From: Prorocentrum cordatum
Lineage: Eukaryota
Direction: 5' to 3'
Length of the DNA: 64,000 bases
Assembly: GCA_963575745.1 (NCBI GenBank)
Contig: CAUYUJ010000066.1
Span: 1 to 64,000, forward strand
The notes below the pieces were generated by a model that ran no database searches, was not told where the DNA came from, and saw only the letters and a list, made by a program, of their open reading frames with translations. The position numbers and the translations under genes were made by a program. This document shows positions 1 to 12,084 of the stretch, in pieces; the first letter of the stretch is position 1, and every line of letters starts with the position of its first letter.

Positions 1-1065
1 CATCAATCGGCCCGCCTGCCATCGGTGACCCAGCGGTGGCGTCTGCAGCCCGACGAGAACTCCGACCACGGCTGGTCTGCCCCCCGATTGGCAATGGTCC
101 GATCGCCGCCCGAAAGCCCCCCTCAACGCCACGGCTGAACTGGGCTCGACAACGCCGACTGCAGTTTGCATTGCCCGTATGGCTGCGGGCCTGGCTGGGC
201 GCTTGCGGCGGCGGCGTCGGGCGTCGGCGGCCGCGGCAGCAGCTGCGTAGCGGCGGCGACACTGGCGGCCGCTAGAACGATGGCGACGGCTGCAGCAACG
301 ACCCCCAGGGGGCGGGGGTCGAACACGGCCGACTCGAACGCAAAGCTCGGGCGCCCGCCTCGCGATCGCGAGTCGGCGACGAGAGGCGGCCCAAATCCAG
401 CGCGCAAGCCGCAATGCCCCCGCCCCCTCCCCCCGACCCCGACGCCCGACCCCTTGAGAAACACATGGGCCCAAAGGAACCCGAGTGCGCCACGGGCAAC
501 CAAATCTAAACGCACCGCGGGCCAAGATGGCGCCGCTGGTCGGGTCGCCGCGCGCCGCGGCAGCGCCGCGAGGGCGCCACGCAGGTGCCACGGCCAACGC
601 CACCAACCCCCGACAGCACGCGTGCCCCCGCCTCCCGGCCACGAAGGCGCTGAAAGTCTAGATGCGCCTGCCTTGATGCCAGGACCCAGGACCTATGGTG
701 GCGAGACCGAGACCCCCACACAGTCCAACGGTGGCCACTCCAAACTCTGCATCCCCATCCCCCCCCCGAGGCGCTGGGGGGGGCCCTGAGTCGGCTGCTC
801 GGCCGACGGCGACGCCCGTCGCCGCGCGACCCCCCTGGACGGTACATAGCACCCATGCGGGCCGAGGCTGGCAGTGCGAGGGCGAGGCGGAGGCGGGGAA
901 TGATATTACATCGAGGGTGAGGGGCGAGGGCGGCTGGGGCAGGGAGGGGGGCTGCACGCAATTTCGACAGACGGGGTGGGCGATCCCACAGCCCCTGGGA
1001 ACAGTCAGGAGTCGGTGCAAGGGCGAGCGAGGCAGCGCGCCGATGCCCGACGTCAAGGAAGGCGG

Positions 1066-1251
1066 TCAGCTTGCATCCGACGACCCGCCCACGCCCCCGC
1101 CCTCGCTCTGATCGGGGCCGACCCCCTCGGCGAGCGGGAGCACTGGGCGGCTCGGCCCATCCGCGGCGCCAGCCTGGACCACGGCGCGCACGAACGCGGC
1201 CTCCAGGGCGAGGAGCCGCTCCTCGAGGTTGCGGACCCTGGCCCGCAGAGC
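1066..1251 (-). CDS. Possible terminal exon of a small coiled-coil protein
   Basis: CCGCAG|GCT acceptor followed by ALRARVRNLEERLLALEAAFVRAVV... (heptad pattern) to a stop at 1066. Upstream exons not identified. Confidence 0.3.
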   Translation of the reverse strand, partial: ALRARVRNLEERLLALEAAFVRAVVQAGAADGPSRPVLPLAEGVGPDQSEGGGVGGSSDAS

Positions 1252-2693
1252 CTGCGGGATGGCTGGGGAGGGCGGGCATGGGCGCGCGGGCATTGGGCGC
1301 CCGCGGGGGGAGTGCGAAGCAGGAGGCCTCGGGGGGCGGAGGACGGGGCCGACGGCGGTGCGAGCGGCGACACGGTCGCAAGGGGATGGCACATACATGG
1401 GAAGAGCGGGCAGGGTGCGCACAGCTGCAGCGGAGGCGGGCAAGGCCCCGCGGCAAGCAGGGGGAGAGGAGAGACACGTAGATTAGGGGCATAGTCCACG
1501 CCGCATGGAGGGCATGGCGAACTCGGGCGGATGGGGGGGTGGGCGGCGATGAAAGGATGAGGGGTGGTGGAAGGGGGAGGGGGGAGGGGGCGAGTTTGAA
1601 ACCACCTAGGTAAGAAACTGCTAAAGCGGACGAGATGGCGAGGAGCTCGCGGGGCAGGGAGCCTGAACAGTCATCTCGGTCACGGGGTCCATGGGTCGAC
1701 CCCTGCTGCGGCTGCGGCTGCGGCTGCTGGGTCGACGGCCACCCCTGCGGCTGTGCAAGCTGTCATGGCCCGTCGGCGGGGACATGGCCGCGCCCAGCTG
1801 GCAGTCGGCCTGGCCGTCGAGCTGGGCGTCGACCGAGACGCCGCCGACGCCGACCGTCGGGCCCCGATGAGCGGCAGCGCCGCGAAGCCCACGTGGATGG
1901 AACGTTCGATGTCAGAGATGGCGGATGGCTGCAACAATCTTGACCCGATACACTTGGGGCGCATATACACGTGCGCGCCCTGGGTCGGAGTGTGCACGGC
2001 GTGCGAAACGCTATCGGCTGAGCGCCCTTGCCCTGGTGCCACATGCTGGACCTGGGGTCACTGCCCCTCCCCCTCCCCGCCCCCGTGTGACCACGCGCGT
2101 GTTATCCCCCAGCCCCTCCCACCAGCACGCCCGCGCGCGCCCCTACTGGAACACGGCGCTTGAGGAACCCCTGAACCGATGCCGACCACCCGAGAATAAT
2201 AAAGGATCCCCCAAACCCCTGAAACCTACAGTCTAAACGCAATGTTGAAACTGTCGTTTAACTGGGCATCCTGTGCCTCGCGGTTTTCATTGGCATTGGC
2301 ATGCGCGCCCTGGGCCAGCCCTCTCGTTCTGCGCCTGGAGCCTGGATCCCCGAAGCGAGCGCGAGAAGATACAGATGGGCACGGCATCGCCGTAGAGGGC
2401 CCGAGGACCCGAGGGGGCGACGGGCACGAGGGCCCCGACGGCGAGGGGGAAGGAGTGGGCGCGGAACCCCATGGTGCAAACCCACTGCGGGACCGACCGA
2501 TGCAGCGCTGGCTAGCTGCGCGCACGGGGCGAGCCTCTGGCACACAAGCTGGGGCGCGCATCACGTGCATCACGCATGGGACATACTGCGCGCGACGCGC
2601 TGCGCACGCGGTGCCAGAATGACGCTGTGGCGGGAAAGTTGTTGCACCGAAAGACGCCGCTACATGCAGCCATCCGCCTCTCGGCACGCACCC

Positions 2694-5600
2694 CTATTGA
2701 AATAGCTCGTGCTCGGAGTCCTCACCTGGGAGCTTCTCGCGCTCGCACTCGAACAGCACGTGCGAGCCAGGGAGGGTCTTCAACCAGTCCCTGGCAGCGC
2801 GCCGATCTCCCAGCGAGCACCCGAACATCAACTTGTGCTCATCCGCAGTTGCCCAGGAGCCGTGCTCCCTTAACCAACATACCAAGAAGCCCAGGGGTCG
2901 ACCAGTCCCCCGCGCTGTACGCTTGCACTTGATACCAATGCGATTCTTCCTGCAACAATGGCTGGAACGAGGGTCGGCGGCCTGGCCCTTCTTGCGCCTG
3001 GCACCCGCGCCGTCGTCGCGGTGCAGCTCGTCATGGCAGTGCGCGTAGAACCCAGACGTCGCATAATGAACAATGGCGCCCAAACCAGGTATGTCGAAAT
3101 GCACCACGTCACGGTCCCGAGGTTCCAGCGCTACAGGATCAGGAGGAGGTGGAGCGTCCCCGCTAGGTGCAGCGCCACCGTCGCCGCCTGCGCCGTGCCC
3201 ACCATCTCCATCGCCCCCGCCACCCTCATCACCTCCACCACCGTCGTCTGAAATGCCAGCGTCGGGCTGGGGCGGCGTCGGGCCAAACATGGACCACTCA
3301 CCATCGCTGGGGCCATCGTCTCCATGACCAGGGTCATCATCGTCATCCTGAGGGAGCTCACCAGGCCCCTCGCCATCGTCCGAGTCGTCGCCCTCCGCAG
3401 CAGCGCGCCACGAAGCAAGCATCTGACCCGCACTCAACTTCTTAGCTTTCGATGGGCTCCACCACTCATGGACGAGGCCGCCGCCCAACGCGACGACGTC
3501 AAGATATCGAGCCTGTATCGTGCCAACGAGCTCCCCCGTGTAGCCGACTCTGAAGAAACACACGTCCCACGCGATATCGGCCCTGAACTCGCGAACTGCC
3601 GTCCAGTCAGTAAAGTTAGTTGTGAGCGAGGTGAGGCGCGCGCGGCTCAATGCCAACTGCCCTGGGTTGCCCTCCGCGCGCCTCGACGCGTCAACACTAT
3701 CCCCCTCGTCGGATGCCTCCATCTCGTGGATGAACAACGTGAACGGCCTAAGCTTGACGTCGGCCAGGAAGAACCAGCGAGGACGAGGACCAGGACCAGG
3801 CTGGGCGCCGACGCCCACGCCCTCGCCGCCGTCGGCGGCGGGTCGAGGCGCTGGGACAACCAGGAGAACGATCTCAGCGCCGAGCAGGGCGTCCTGCCCG
3901 TCAGCCTTGGGGAACTGGGACGTCACGATCCTGTGGAGCTTGGCCCGCATGGCAACGTGTGCTTTCCCGAGGGGTGAGCACAGGCACGCGTTGGCCGCGT
4001 GGCAGAGGCGGGTCTTCAGAGTTGGCGGGTTCGCAGCGTTGCTGCTGACGTCGGGGACGGGCCTGTGCTGGATGGTGCTGTGGGCGGCGGCCCAGACCTC
4101 GTCGAGCTGCGCGCGCAGGAGCCGAGCGTGCTGGTGCCGACCGCTGTGCGATAAAATAGACCCCGTCATCTTCTGAACGCTCTTGTTCTTGAGCTCCAAA
4201 TGCTGGAAGCAGTCCGTAGAAGTCGGCGAGCTCGATACGTCTGGCGCGTGGCGCCTGGCCCCGTCGCCGATGGCGGCCATGGCGCGATCCACTAGGCAGC
4301 CCGACGCGTCCACGTCGTAAGCCCTGAGGCGCTCCAGCTCCTCCTTCTCCGCAGCCCTCGCCCTCTGCGCCTCCTGCCTCCGAAGCCTGCTCGCGGCCAT
4401 GAGGCCGTCCCAATCGAGGGCTGCGAAGCCGCCGACCGCGACGACGCCAGCGTCGGCGCCAGGGGCAGCGCCCGCATCGGGAAGAGCAGCCCGCCTGCGC
4501 CGAAGCCCCAGCGGCGCCGCCGAGCCATGATCGACAGCACAATTAGCCTCTGCAGCCCGTCTCGTCAAAGCAGCGAACTCGTCAGGGGACAAGTCCGCGT
4601 ACCTGGTGCTCAACTGCGCGAACGTCGGCATCTCTGCAATGGACTTCCCGCGCTTCTGCTCGCTGCAGAAGACGCTCCACTCGGACAACCTCCGCTTCCT
4701 CGCCGCGCCCCTACTGGCGCCTCCTCGGTCCTCATCGCCCCCTTCGTCAACGGCTGCATCATGTTGCTTATCGTTGAATATCTGCCGCCACAGCCCAGAA
4801 GCTTGCATCTGAATGCCCTTGGAGATCCACTCGGCGTTCATGCCGTGCAGGTCGATGGCCCTCCCCTGGGGCGACCATCCAAGAACGAACCGACGAAGTA
4901 CCCCATGGTTCCTCTCGATCGACACCTGATCACGACGAGCTTTCAACGCAATCGCCATCAACTCCATGCCTGCATCGACTGCGTGCACACCACCATGACA
5001 GCCAGTGAAATGTCGAGAGAACGCGTCCATGCGCTTAGAGCACTTCATGTCGTCTGCGATCTCCGACGCAAGGGCGCCGTTGGAAAGGGTGCCGAACAAC
5101 TTGTAGGGGTAGTTGCTCAGCTCGTCAACAAGACTATGAAAGCGACAGGCACTGCGAGCAAGCATCTGGAACGCCATCGTCTGGTACACGTGGGTGCGAT
5201 CTCTGAGGGGGAGACCGTCGAATGCAGCGTCATCCATGATCAGGGCGTGGCATGACTCGATGACGGCCCGCTCTTCCCTAGCAAGGTAGGCCGCCTCCAG
5301 CTGGTACGTCCGAGGGGGGCGACGTTGGGGGCCAGGCTCCATCGATCTATCCAGCTCCACGCGCCTCTGGGATCGTTCCCACTTGACGCTGGCCAGGCCC
5401 AAGAAACCGTAGATGTACGACGCGTGGATGTAAGCAACTCGACACATGATGACGCAATCTTGCAACACGAGGCCACTATCGCACCATGTCAAGACCGACT
5501 CTCGATACTTACTCTGCTCCTGTCGGCGGGCCTCCCAGACATCCTGGCCGTCGGGCTCCCCTGTGGCAGAGGGGCGCTCACTACGCCCCCGCCCCGCGCG

Positions 5601-7430
5601 CGCCGACGCACCCGTGCCGCGGGAAGTGCGCGGAGCGCGCGCGCCTTGAGGCCCGCCCCGTGGCGGGCGGGCCGCAAGGCGCGCGCAGCTGCTGCACCTG
5701 GGGCGGCGTCGGGCACGCTCGGGGCAAACGCGTAGCGTGCGCCCCCAAGACCTGCGACGGCGCCGCCAGCACCTCCTGCAGCAGCGCGTGCATCGGCCTC
5801 GTCAGCATCACCTGCATGATGTCCTGCACCAGCGCCAGGGTCAGCGCCGCCGCCGCCGCCCGCGCCGCCGTCATCAGCGATCGCAGGCAAAGGCGCGCCG
5901 CCGTCGGCAACAGGCGCCGCCGCACGAACGGCTCGAACGTCACCACCTGGACCAGCCTTATCTTGAAGTAGCTGGCAGAAGAGCCTATATATCGGAACGA
6001 AGAGGCCGTGCGCGATCGCCAGGGGCCCAATCCAAGACGGCCCTTTCTCCCAACATGTCCAGCCCCTGCCGGGGTAATTGTGCAACTCGCGGTTCACGAC
6101 GGCGCCGACGAATCTGAAGAGGAATCGCGCCATGACCAGACCACAGACAACGAAAACCGAACATCACCGCCGCGCCTGGCCAGGCCGACCCAACGCCTAA
6201 GATTGGCACGCGCGCGCTCCCCCCCCCCATCCGCACCCCTCGCCCTTAGACCGTATCTCGCGCGCGTCCCCTCCCTCTCGCCGCGCGCCGTGCCCCGCCC
6301 GCCTACGCGGGGGGGCCGAGCGCCAATCTCGGGTTCGGGGTCGGCCTGGCCACGCGCGGCGTTGGCGGCCAGCGTTCGTCGCCCACCTCGCGCTGCGCCC
6401 CTGGCGGAACGAACGTCTCCACGACCTCCTCGTCATCCCAGTTCCCGCCGCACATGGTCAGCACGAGCGCCCGCAGCGGCTCATTCTCCTGGGTGTTCGG
6501 GAGCACCATGTCGAGCTTCCTCGCGTTCCTCGTCCGCGCCTCCATGGACGGCATGCCGTATATGATCTTCAAGCGCTGCGCAATGACGAGACGAGCGGCA
6601 GCCCGGAATACTTTGCGGTGGTTGCCAAACCTCAGGGACAGCACTGCATGCGTCATGTAGCTGTGGGCGGACTTCGCGGGAACTGCAGCGCGCTCCCGAA
6701 CAGTCGCGCCCTTGTGGGCGAAGCAAAGGAGACGCAGCGACGGCGTGCCCAACGATGTCTGCAAAGCGCGCTCTGCGCGGCCAATGGCACCATCGCCGTC
6801 CGTGCAGCTCACCCTGTACGCCCTGGTGCACAGCCTCGATATACCCTCCCACCCGACCAACTGCAACACGAACTCGCAGGCCAGGAAATAACACTCTGCT
6901 GTGCACCGCCCAACGTTCAAAATCGGAAGGGGGACATCGAAGGTGAAGGCCGTATACTGTTTGTCGACCTGCACCAGCAACGTGATGGCACATTCAACCT
7001 GGAGCAGCTTGGTCGGGGCCTTATCTCGGGACGAGCTGACGTGCCAGAAGGAAGTGTCATGATTCAAGATGTCCCTCAAATGCTCGAACTCTTTCGGGAG
7101 AAGGGCGTCTGCTGCAGCCTCAGGGACAGTAACTGACATGGGCGTCTCATCGTACCGAGTCGTGAATATAGCGCAGACGGCCACCCCTTTCTTGGACACC
7201 ACGTCGCCGACGAGAGTGGAAATAAGTAGTTTCACCATGAATATGTGAAGCACCATAGAACAACACGAGGACAAACATTTCATGTTTCTCAATGCTTTGC
7301 GATCGATGCCAAACTGGGCTGCCTGGGACTTGAAACTCCCTCTGGTGCGCACTTCTCGGTTCATTGCAATCTTGACTGTCTCGGCGGCCCTGTCATCTGT
7401 CAGGAGCAAGTGCGGGTGCGAGGTAGCCAT
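2694..7430 (-). CDS. Large DDE transposase-like protein (C/DxxH group) with HMG-box-like and C-terminal Cys/His domains; exons 7430-6387, 6136-5698, 5560-2694 (1449 aa from the ATG at 7430; true start may be further upstream)
   Basis: Three minus-strand ORFs join in frame when introns 6137-6386 and 5561-5697 are removed (junctions ...PPGAQRE|VMARFLFRF... and ...DAAPG|EPDGQDVWEARRQEQSKYR...). Motifs in order: TRYDETP (D, ~7150), SCTDGDG (D, ~6800), LCFAH (CxxH, ~6720), VSIERNH (E, ~4915), RLSEWSVFCSEQ..YADLSPDEFAAL (HMG-like, ~4540-4700), HCHDELH..CCRK..GRPLGFLVCWL (C-terminus). Confidence 0.65.
5561..5697 (-). other. 137-nt GT-AG intron of the transposase gene
   Basis: CCAG|GTGCAG donor and CCACAG|GG acceptor, both phase 1. 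Removal joins the 5489-6133 frame to the 2694-5492 frame. Internal hairpin gcgcgcgccttg..caaggcgcgcgc at ~5635-5686. Confidence 0.7.
6137..6386 (-). other. 250-nt hairpin intron of the transposase gene (GT donor, non-canonical CTG|G acceptor)
   Basis: GAG|GTGGG donor in phase 0; an in-frame stop lies inside; the ends are inverted repeats (6338-6359 vs 6170-6191 match 21/22, and pairing extends to 6386/6143). Removal restores the frame. Confidence 0.6.
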
Positions 7431-7607
7431 CCGCGCAACGTCGGAGATGACCTGGCCGATGGCGTCGATGTCGCAGGCCCCGCAGCGAGCGGCGCCAGCG
7501 CGGGGCGGGCCTCCTGCGACGGGGGGGCGGCATCTCCCCTCCCCCCCCCCCCGCCCTAACACTTAAAACGCAAATGGGGCGCCGCTCTCATCCGCCCAGA
7601 CACCCAA

Positions 7608-7656
7608 TATCCGCGACGACCCCCCTCCCGCGCAGGCAGGGGGGTCGTCGCGGATA
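7608..7656. repeat. Perfect 18-bp inverted repeat with 13-nt loop
   Basis: tatccgcgacgacccccc (7608-7625) / ggggggtcgtcgcggata (7639-7656). Confidence 0.9.
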
Positions 7657-8116
7657 CTAAGCCCGTTCCCGACATGAAACTCCCCCGCGAGAGTCACGCA
7701 AGACGACCCGACCGCCGCCCTAAGTTCGCGCGGCCGCTACGCACGCGGACGCAAACTTATTTTCAAAATGGGGATCTCGCTGGGCTCTTCCTCGAGCGTC
7801 CTGGCCGCGTGTCCAGGCGCGCCTCGCGGCCAGGGGGGCGCAGGCGCCCCGCCGCCCGTCGCGGGGCCCTCGCCGCAATGGCGGGCCCACGGGGCCCTCG
7901 TCATTCTAGGGGGGGGGGCGGGGAGGGGGGACAAGAAACGCTCGCAAGGGGGCTGCGCAAAAGGGCTTGGGGGCGGGGACTCTCACGCCCATGCATCGCC
8001 GATGCGTCTTGAATTTGCCGTGGCCCTCCTCCTCCACCATCCTAGCCCCCCCCCTCCTACCCATCATTCTCATCGTAGTCTCCGTCCGTCAGCGCCCCCG
8101 CCCCGCCCTCGTCCCC

Positions 8117-8543
8117 CTATATTGAATAGGGGGACGGGGGCCCAGGAGGCGTTTCAGAACGCCCGCGTCCTGGGGCCGCCGCGCGGGCGGCGGCGGCACG
8201 GCGCCACGCAGCAGCAGTGCGGCACTGCTGCTGGGCGCCACCAGCCACCGCGACCTCTGCGCCGCCAGCCGCCGCGACGACCCCGCCCGCGGACCCGTCG
8301 GCGCCGCCCCCCTCCTCGCCTCCGCCCTCGGCCCCGCTCTCCTCCTCTGGCCGCCAGGCCCAGGCGCCGAGGGCGGAGGGGGCCGCGCCCTCGGCGGGCG
8401 GGGCCGCGCCCTCCTCGCCCGCCTCCTCGGCGCCTACGCGCCAGGCGAGGAGGGTGGCGGCGGCGCCTGCGGCCTCGGCCGCAGCGCCAGCCCCGACATC
8501 CTCGTCGACGTCGTCGGGGCGGCCCGCCCACTGGGCGAGCATG
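8117..8543 (-). CDS. Possible upstream low-complexity (Ala/Gly/Glu) exon of the transposase-like gene
   Basis: ORF MLAQWAGRPDDVDEDVGAG...EEESGAEGGGEEGG resembles the acidic Gly/Ala linkers in the downstream gene and has the same strand. Splice path not resolved. Confidence 0.3.
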
Positions 8544-9759
8544 AAAGGCCGAAACCGTTTGGGCCAAATCGTGCAATGCGGGACGTGCGTGGAACACATA
8601 TAAGAGGCGCACTACATGATGTGAGTGGCGGATGATGCAATGATATCGATTTTCGCGAAACACCATATTGTAGATGTAATGTGTACGGGCGTTGTGGATG
8701 GCGATAGACAATGATATTGCATGTGCCATGGCGGGAGTAAAAATACAACACGACCTAGGGACAATCACACAGGACAATTTTAGGACAAATCTGCCGTTTC
8801 TACAAATCATGAGCCAAAGGGGCCCCGAACATCTGAAGAAATACTGGCGCAAACATATAAATAGTGGAAATACCGGCGCAAACGTGTGGATGCTGGGGCA
8901 TTCCTGCACAAACGGCCGGCGGAAGGCTCCATTCAGGCGGGATGCCGGCGGAAAGTTGGCGGGAGGCGGTGGACACGAAGGCAGGTCTGTCGAGAGGGCG
9001 ACCTTGCTTGCGGCCAATTCTTCTGCTGGGCCCCAGGCTCACGCAGTACATTCTCTCTTCCCGGCACAGAGAGGCGCGCGCGGCCCTTCGGGATGCGCAA
9101 TACGAGGAACGCTACCAAGACATGCGCAGGGTCCGCGATGCATCCGGCGTGCACGTGCACTGCCACGTGCACTCACTTTCCTGCGGTATCTGGGCCAAGG
9201 CCACAGCGCGCGTCCGCGTTCCGTGCCGCACCAGCCCACGCTGCCCCACGAAGATCTCGCCCAAAACCAGATCTTGTCGCGCCACGAAGCGAACCCGGGG
9301 TCGACCCGTTCGGGGCCGCACCAACGCGCAATGCCCCAGGCAGCGCTGCTGTCAGTGCTTCCCACTCACCAGAGGACGATATCGGGGGCGACCAGCGCGG
9401 GGGCGACCAGCGCGAAACCGTCTACATAGACGGCGACGCGCCATGGACCCCGGTCGGGGAACCCCAGAACATCGGGAACTTTGCCGGACCTTCGTCCGGA
9501 AGGAGCGTTGGAAGCTGCTCCTTTGATTCACTTCTTTTTTCCTCCTCTGTATCATTGCTTTTCCCTATCCTTCCTCCCTGCTCACCCACGCCCCTTTTCC
9601 AGGACTTCGATGGGAAGGCCGTGAATTACGCAAATGGAGGAGAGTTATGCACAACGACGACACCGTGGAACAACACGTGATCGTGGTGCGCAAGCAGCAT
9701 GTGGATCCGGATGGGAACCCATGCCAGATTCTGTTCAAGTGTGTGCTCTACGGAGGGGC

Positions 9760-10549
9760 TTCTTGTAAATCCCACAAGCCCTCTGGGCTTAGGTGGTATA
9801 ACGCGTTTTTTTCTTCTCTCTTCCACTGGGGCCCCTCCCCCCCCCCCTCCCCTGGGCCTGGACGGGGCGCGCCGCGAGGCGTTAGAGCGTCCAAGATGGC
9901 CCAAGATTGCTCCAAGAGGCGTTCAAAATCGCAAGATGGCCTCCAAGATGGCCCATGTTACTTCAAGATGGGTCAAGATAGCCTCCGACCTACCCCCAAG
10001 AGGCCCCAAGACAGCCCCAAGAGGGATCCAAGTGCCCTTCGAGCCCTCCACGGCGCTCTCCAAGATGCCGAAACCCTTCAAAGAAACCTAAGGCAAATCC
10101 ATGTTTTTGGCACTCTCGCCTTTTCGCTCCCGATTGGCTTTGGGAGCCTCAAGATGGCACCATGATGGCCCAAAAGGGCCCCAAGAGGGGCCCAAGAAAG
10201 CCGAAGACGACCCCAAGATCGCCCAAGAAGCGCCCCAAACCGCTCCAAGACGGCCCCAAGACGCCGTTTGAGAGCCTCCGACGGCCCCAAGACCGCTCCA
10301 AGCTGCCCCAGGCGCCTCCTCTTTTTGAGACATGGGGCCCAAGGTGGCCCCAAGAGGCCTCCCAGCCTCTCCCAAAGACCCTCCACCCCGCCCTTTTTGG
10401 CCCAAAGTGGCTCCAAGACAGCCCTAGATAGCCCAAGATGGCCTTCAAATTGGCCCGAGATAGCCAAGCATGGCTCAAGATAGCCTCCGACAGACCTCCA
10501 AGGAACCTCTTGTGAAGCCCACAAGCCCTCTGGGCTTAGGTGGTCTGGC

Positions 10550-10610
<61 letters not shown>

Positions 10611-11380
10611 CTTCTTCTTCTTCTTTCCACTGAAGCCCCTCCCCCATCCCCCTCCCCTGGGCCTGGACGGGGCGCGCCGCGAGGCGTTAGAGCGTCCAAT
10701 ATGGCCCAATATTGCTCCAAGAGGCGTTCAAAATCGCAAGATGGCCTCCAAATGGCCCATGTTACTTCAAGATGGGTCAAGATAGCCTCCGACCTACCCC
10801 CAAGAGGCCCCAAGACACCCCAAGACGGATCCAGGTGCCCTTCGAGCCCTCCACGGCGCTCTCCAAGATGCCAAAACCCGTCAAAGAAACCTAGGGCAAA
10901 TCCATGTTTTTGGCATTCCCGCCTTTTCGTTCCCGATTGGCTTTGGGAGCCTCAAGATGGCACCATGGTTGCCCAAAAGGGCCCCAAGAGGGGCCCAAGA
11001 AAGCCGAAGACGACCCCAAGATCGCCCAAAAGGCGCCCAAAACCGCTTCAAAAGGGCCCCAAGGCGCCGTTTGAGAGCCTCCGACGGCCCCAAGACCGCT
11101 CCAAGACGGCCCCAGGCGCCTCCTCTTTTTGAGACATGGGGCCCAAGATGGCCCCCAAAGGCCTCCCAGCCTCTCCCAAAGACCCTCCACCCCGCCCTTT
11201 TTGGCCCAAAATGGTTCCAAGACAGCCCTAGATAGCCCAAGATGGCCTTCAAAATGGCCCAAGATAGCCAAGCACGGCTCAAGATAGCCTCCGACAGACC
11301 TCCAAGAAACCTCAAGACAGCCTCAATATGGCCCAAGATAGCCGAGCATGGCTCAAGATAGCCCCCAAAGAGGCCTCACT
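9760..11380. repeat. Two tandem copies (~750-bp period) of the 'CCAAGA/CCAAGATGG'-rich dispersed repeat, with a 60-nt poly(T) near the start of copy 2
   Basis: cccacaagccctctgggcttaggtggt occurs at 9771 and 10518, each followed by near-identical sequence; T60 at 10551-10610. Confidence 0.85.
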
Positions 11381-12084
11381 GGCAATCAATTCTGGATGGG
11401 CTGGTGGGGATATTTTTTTTAGGTCGCGGGCGGACGCGGAAACGCTGTCGCCGAAGGAGAGGTCCGGGCCACGGGCCTGCCAAATTGGCCACGCGCAAGC
11501 CTAAAACGAAGCGGCCGAGCCCGCACTCAGAGGCAGCCGCCGATGGGCCGCAGCTGAAGGGGAGCTGGCTGAGCTGACTGCAGAAGGCCAGGGTAGCGGA
11601 TGCAGCATGCGAGAGAATGGCTCCAAAACGCCAGAGTGGAATTAAGTCCTACACGCCAAGAGAGCATGATCGGCTTTGTGTCGGCAAACCACGCATCAAC
11701 CTAGCGGAGCGCCACCGCCGCCGGGCCAGCCTTGTGGGCGGCGCGCTACCAGGAACGAAAGAGCTGGAAGCAACGCGTTCGAGCTCAGGTACCATGGGCG
11801 TGAGTGGCCAGGTACGAACTGACCATGTCGCCACAGGGCGCCAAAGGCCAGGGCCACAGCTGTGGCAGGGTACAAGCCAGACGTGCGGTGACAAGGCGCC
11901 AGTGGGGATGCGTGGTGTCTGCCGGAAGGCTGCACCACTCCGTAACACATCTCACATAACCCCGGAGTCGACGCCAGACACGGACAGCTGCGGCGAGTAC
12001 TGTAGACCAAGGCCCAGGGAGTGCGGACGCAAACTGGGTGCCTGGCCAGGGGAGTGCGTCATGGACGCCGCACGGAGGGGACCG

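Noticed and set aside
1682..9452. 12-bp inverted match (cggggtccatgg / ccatggaccccg) as TIRs of the transposase element
   Set aside because: Too short for GC-rich DNA, does not extend, and no TSD flanks it.
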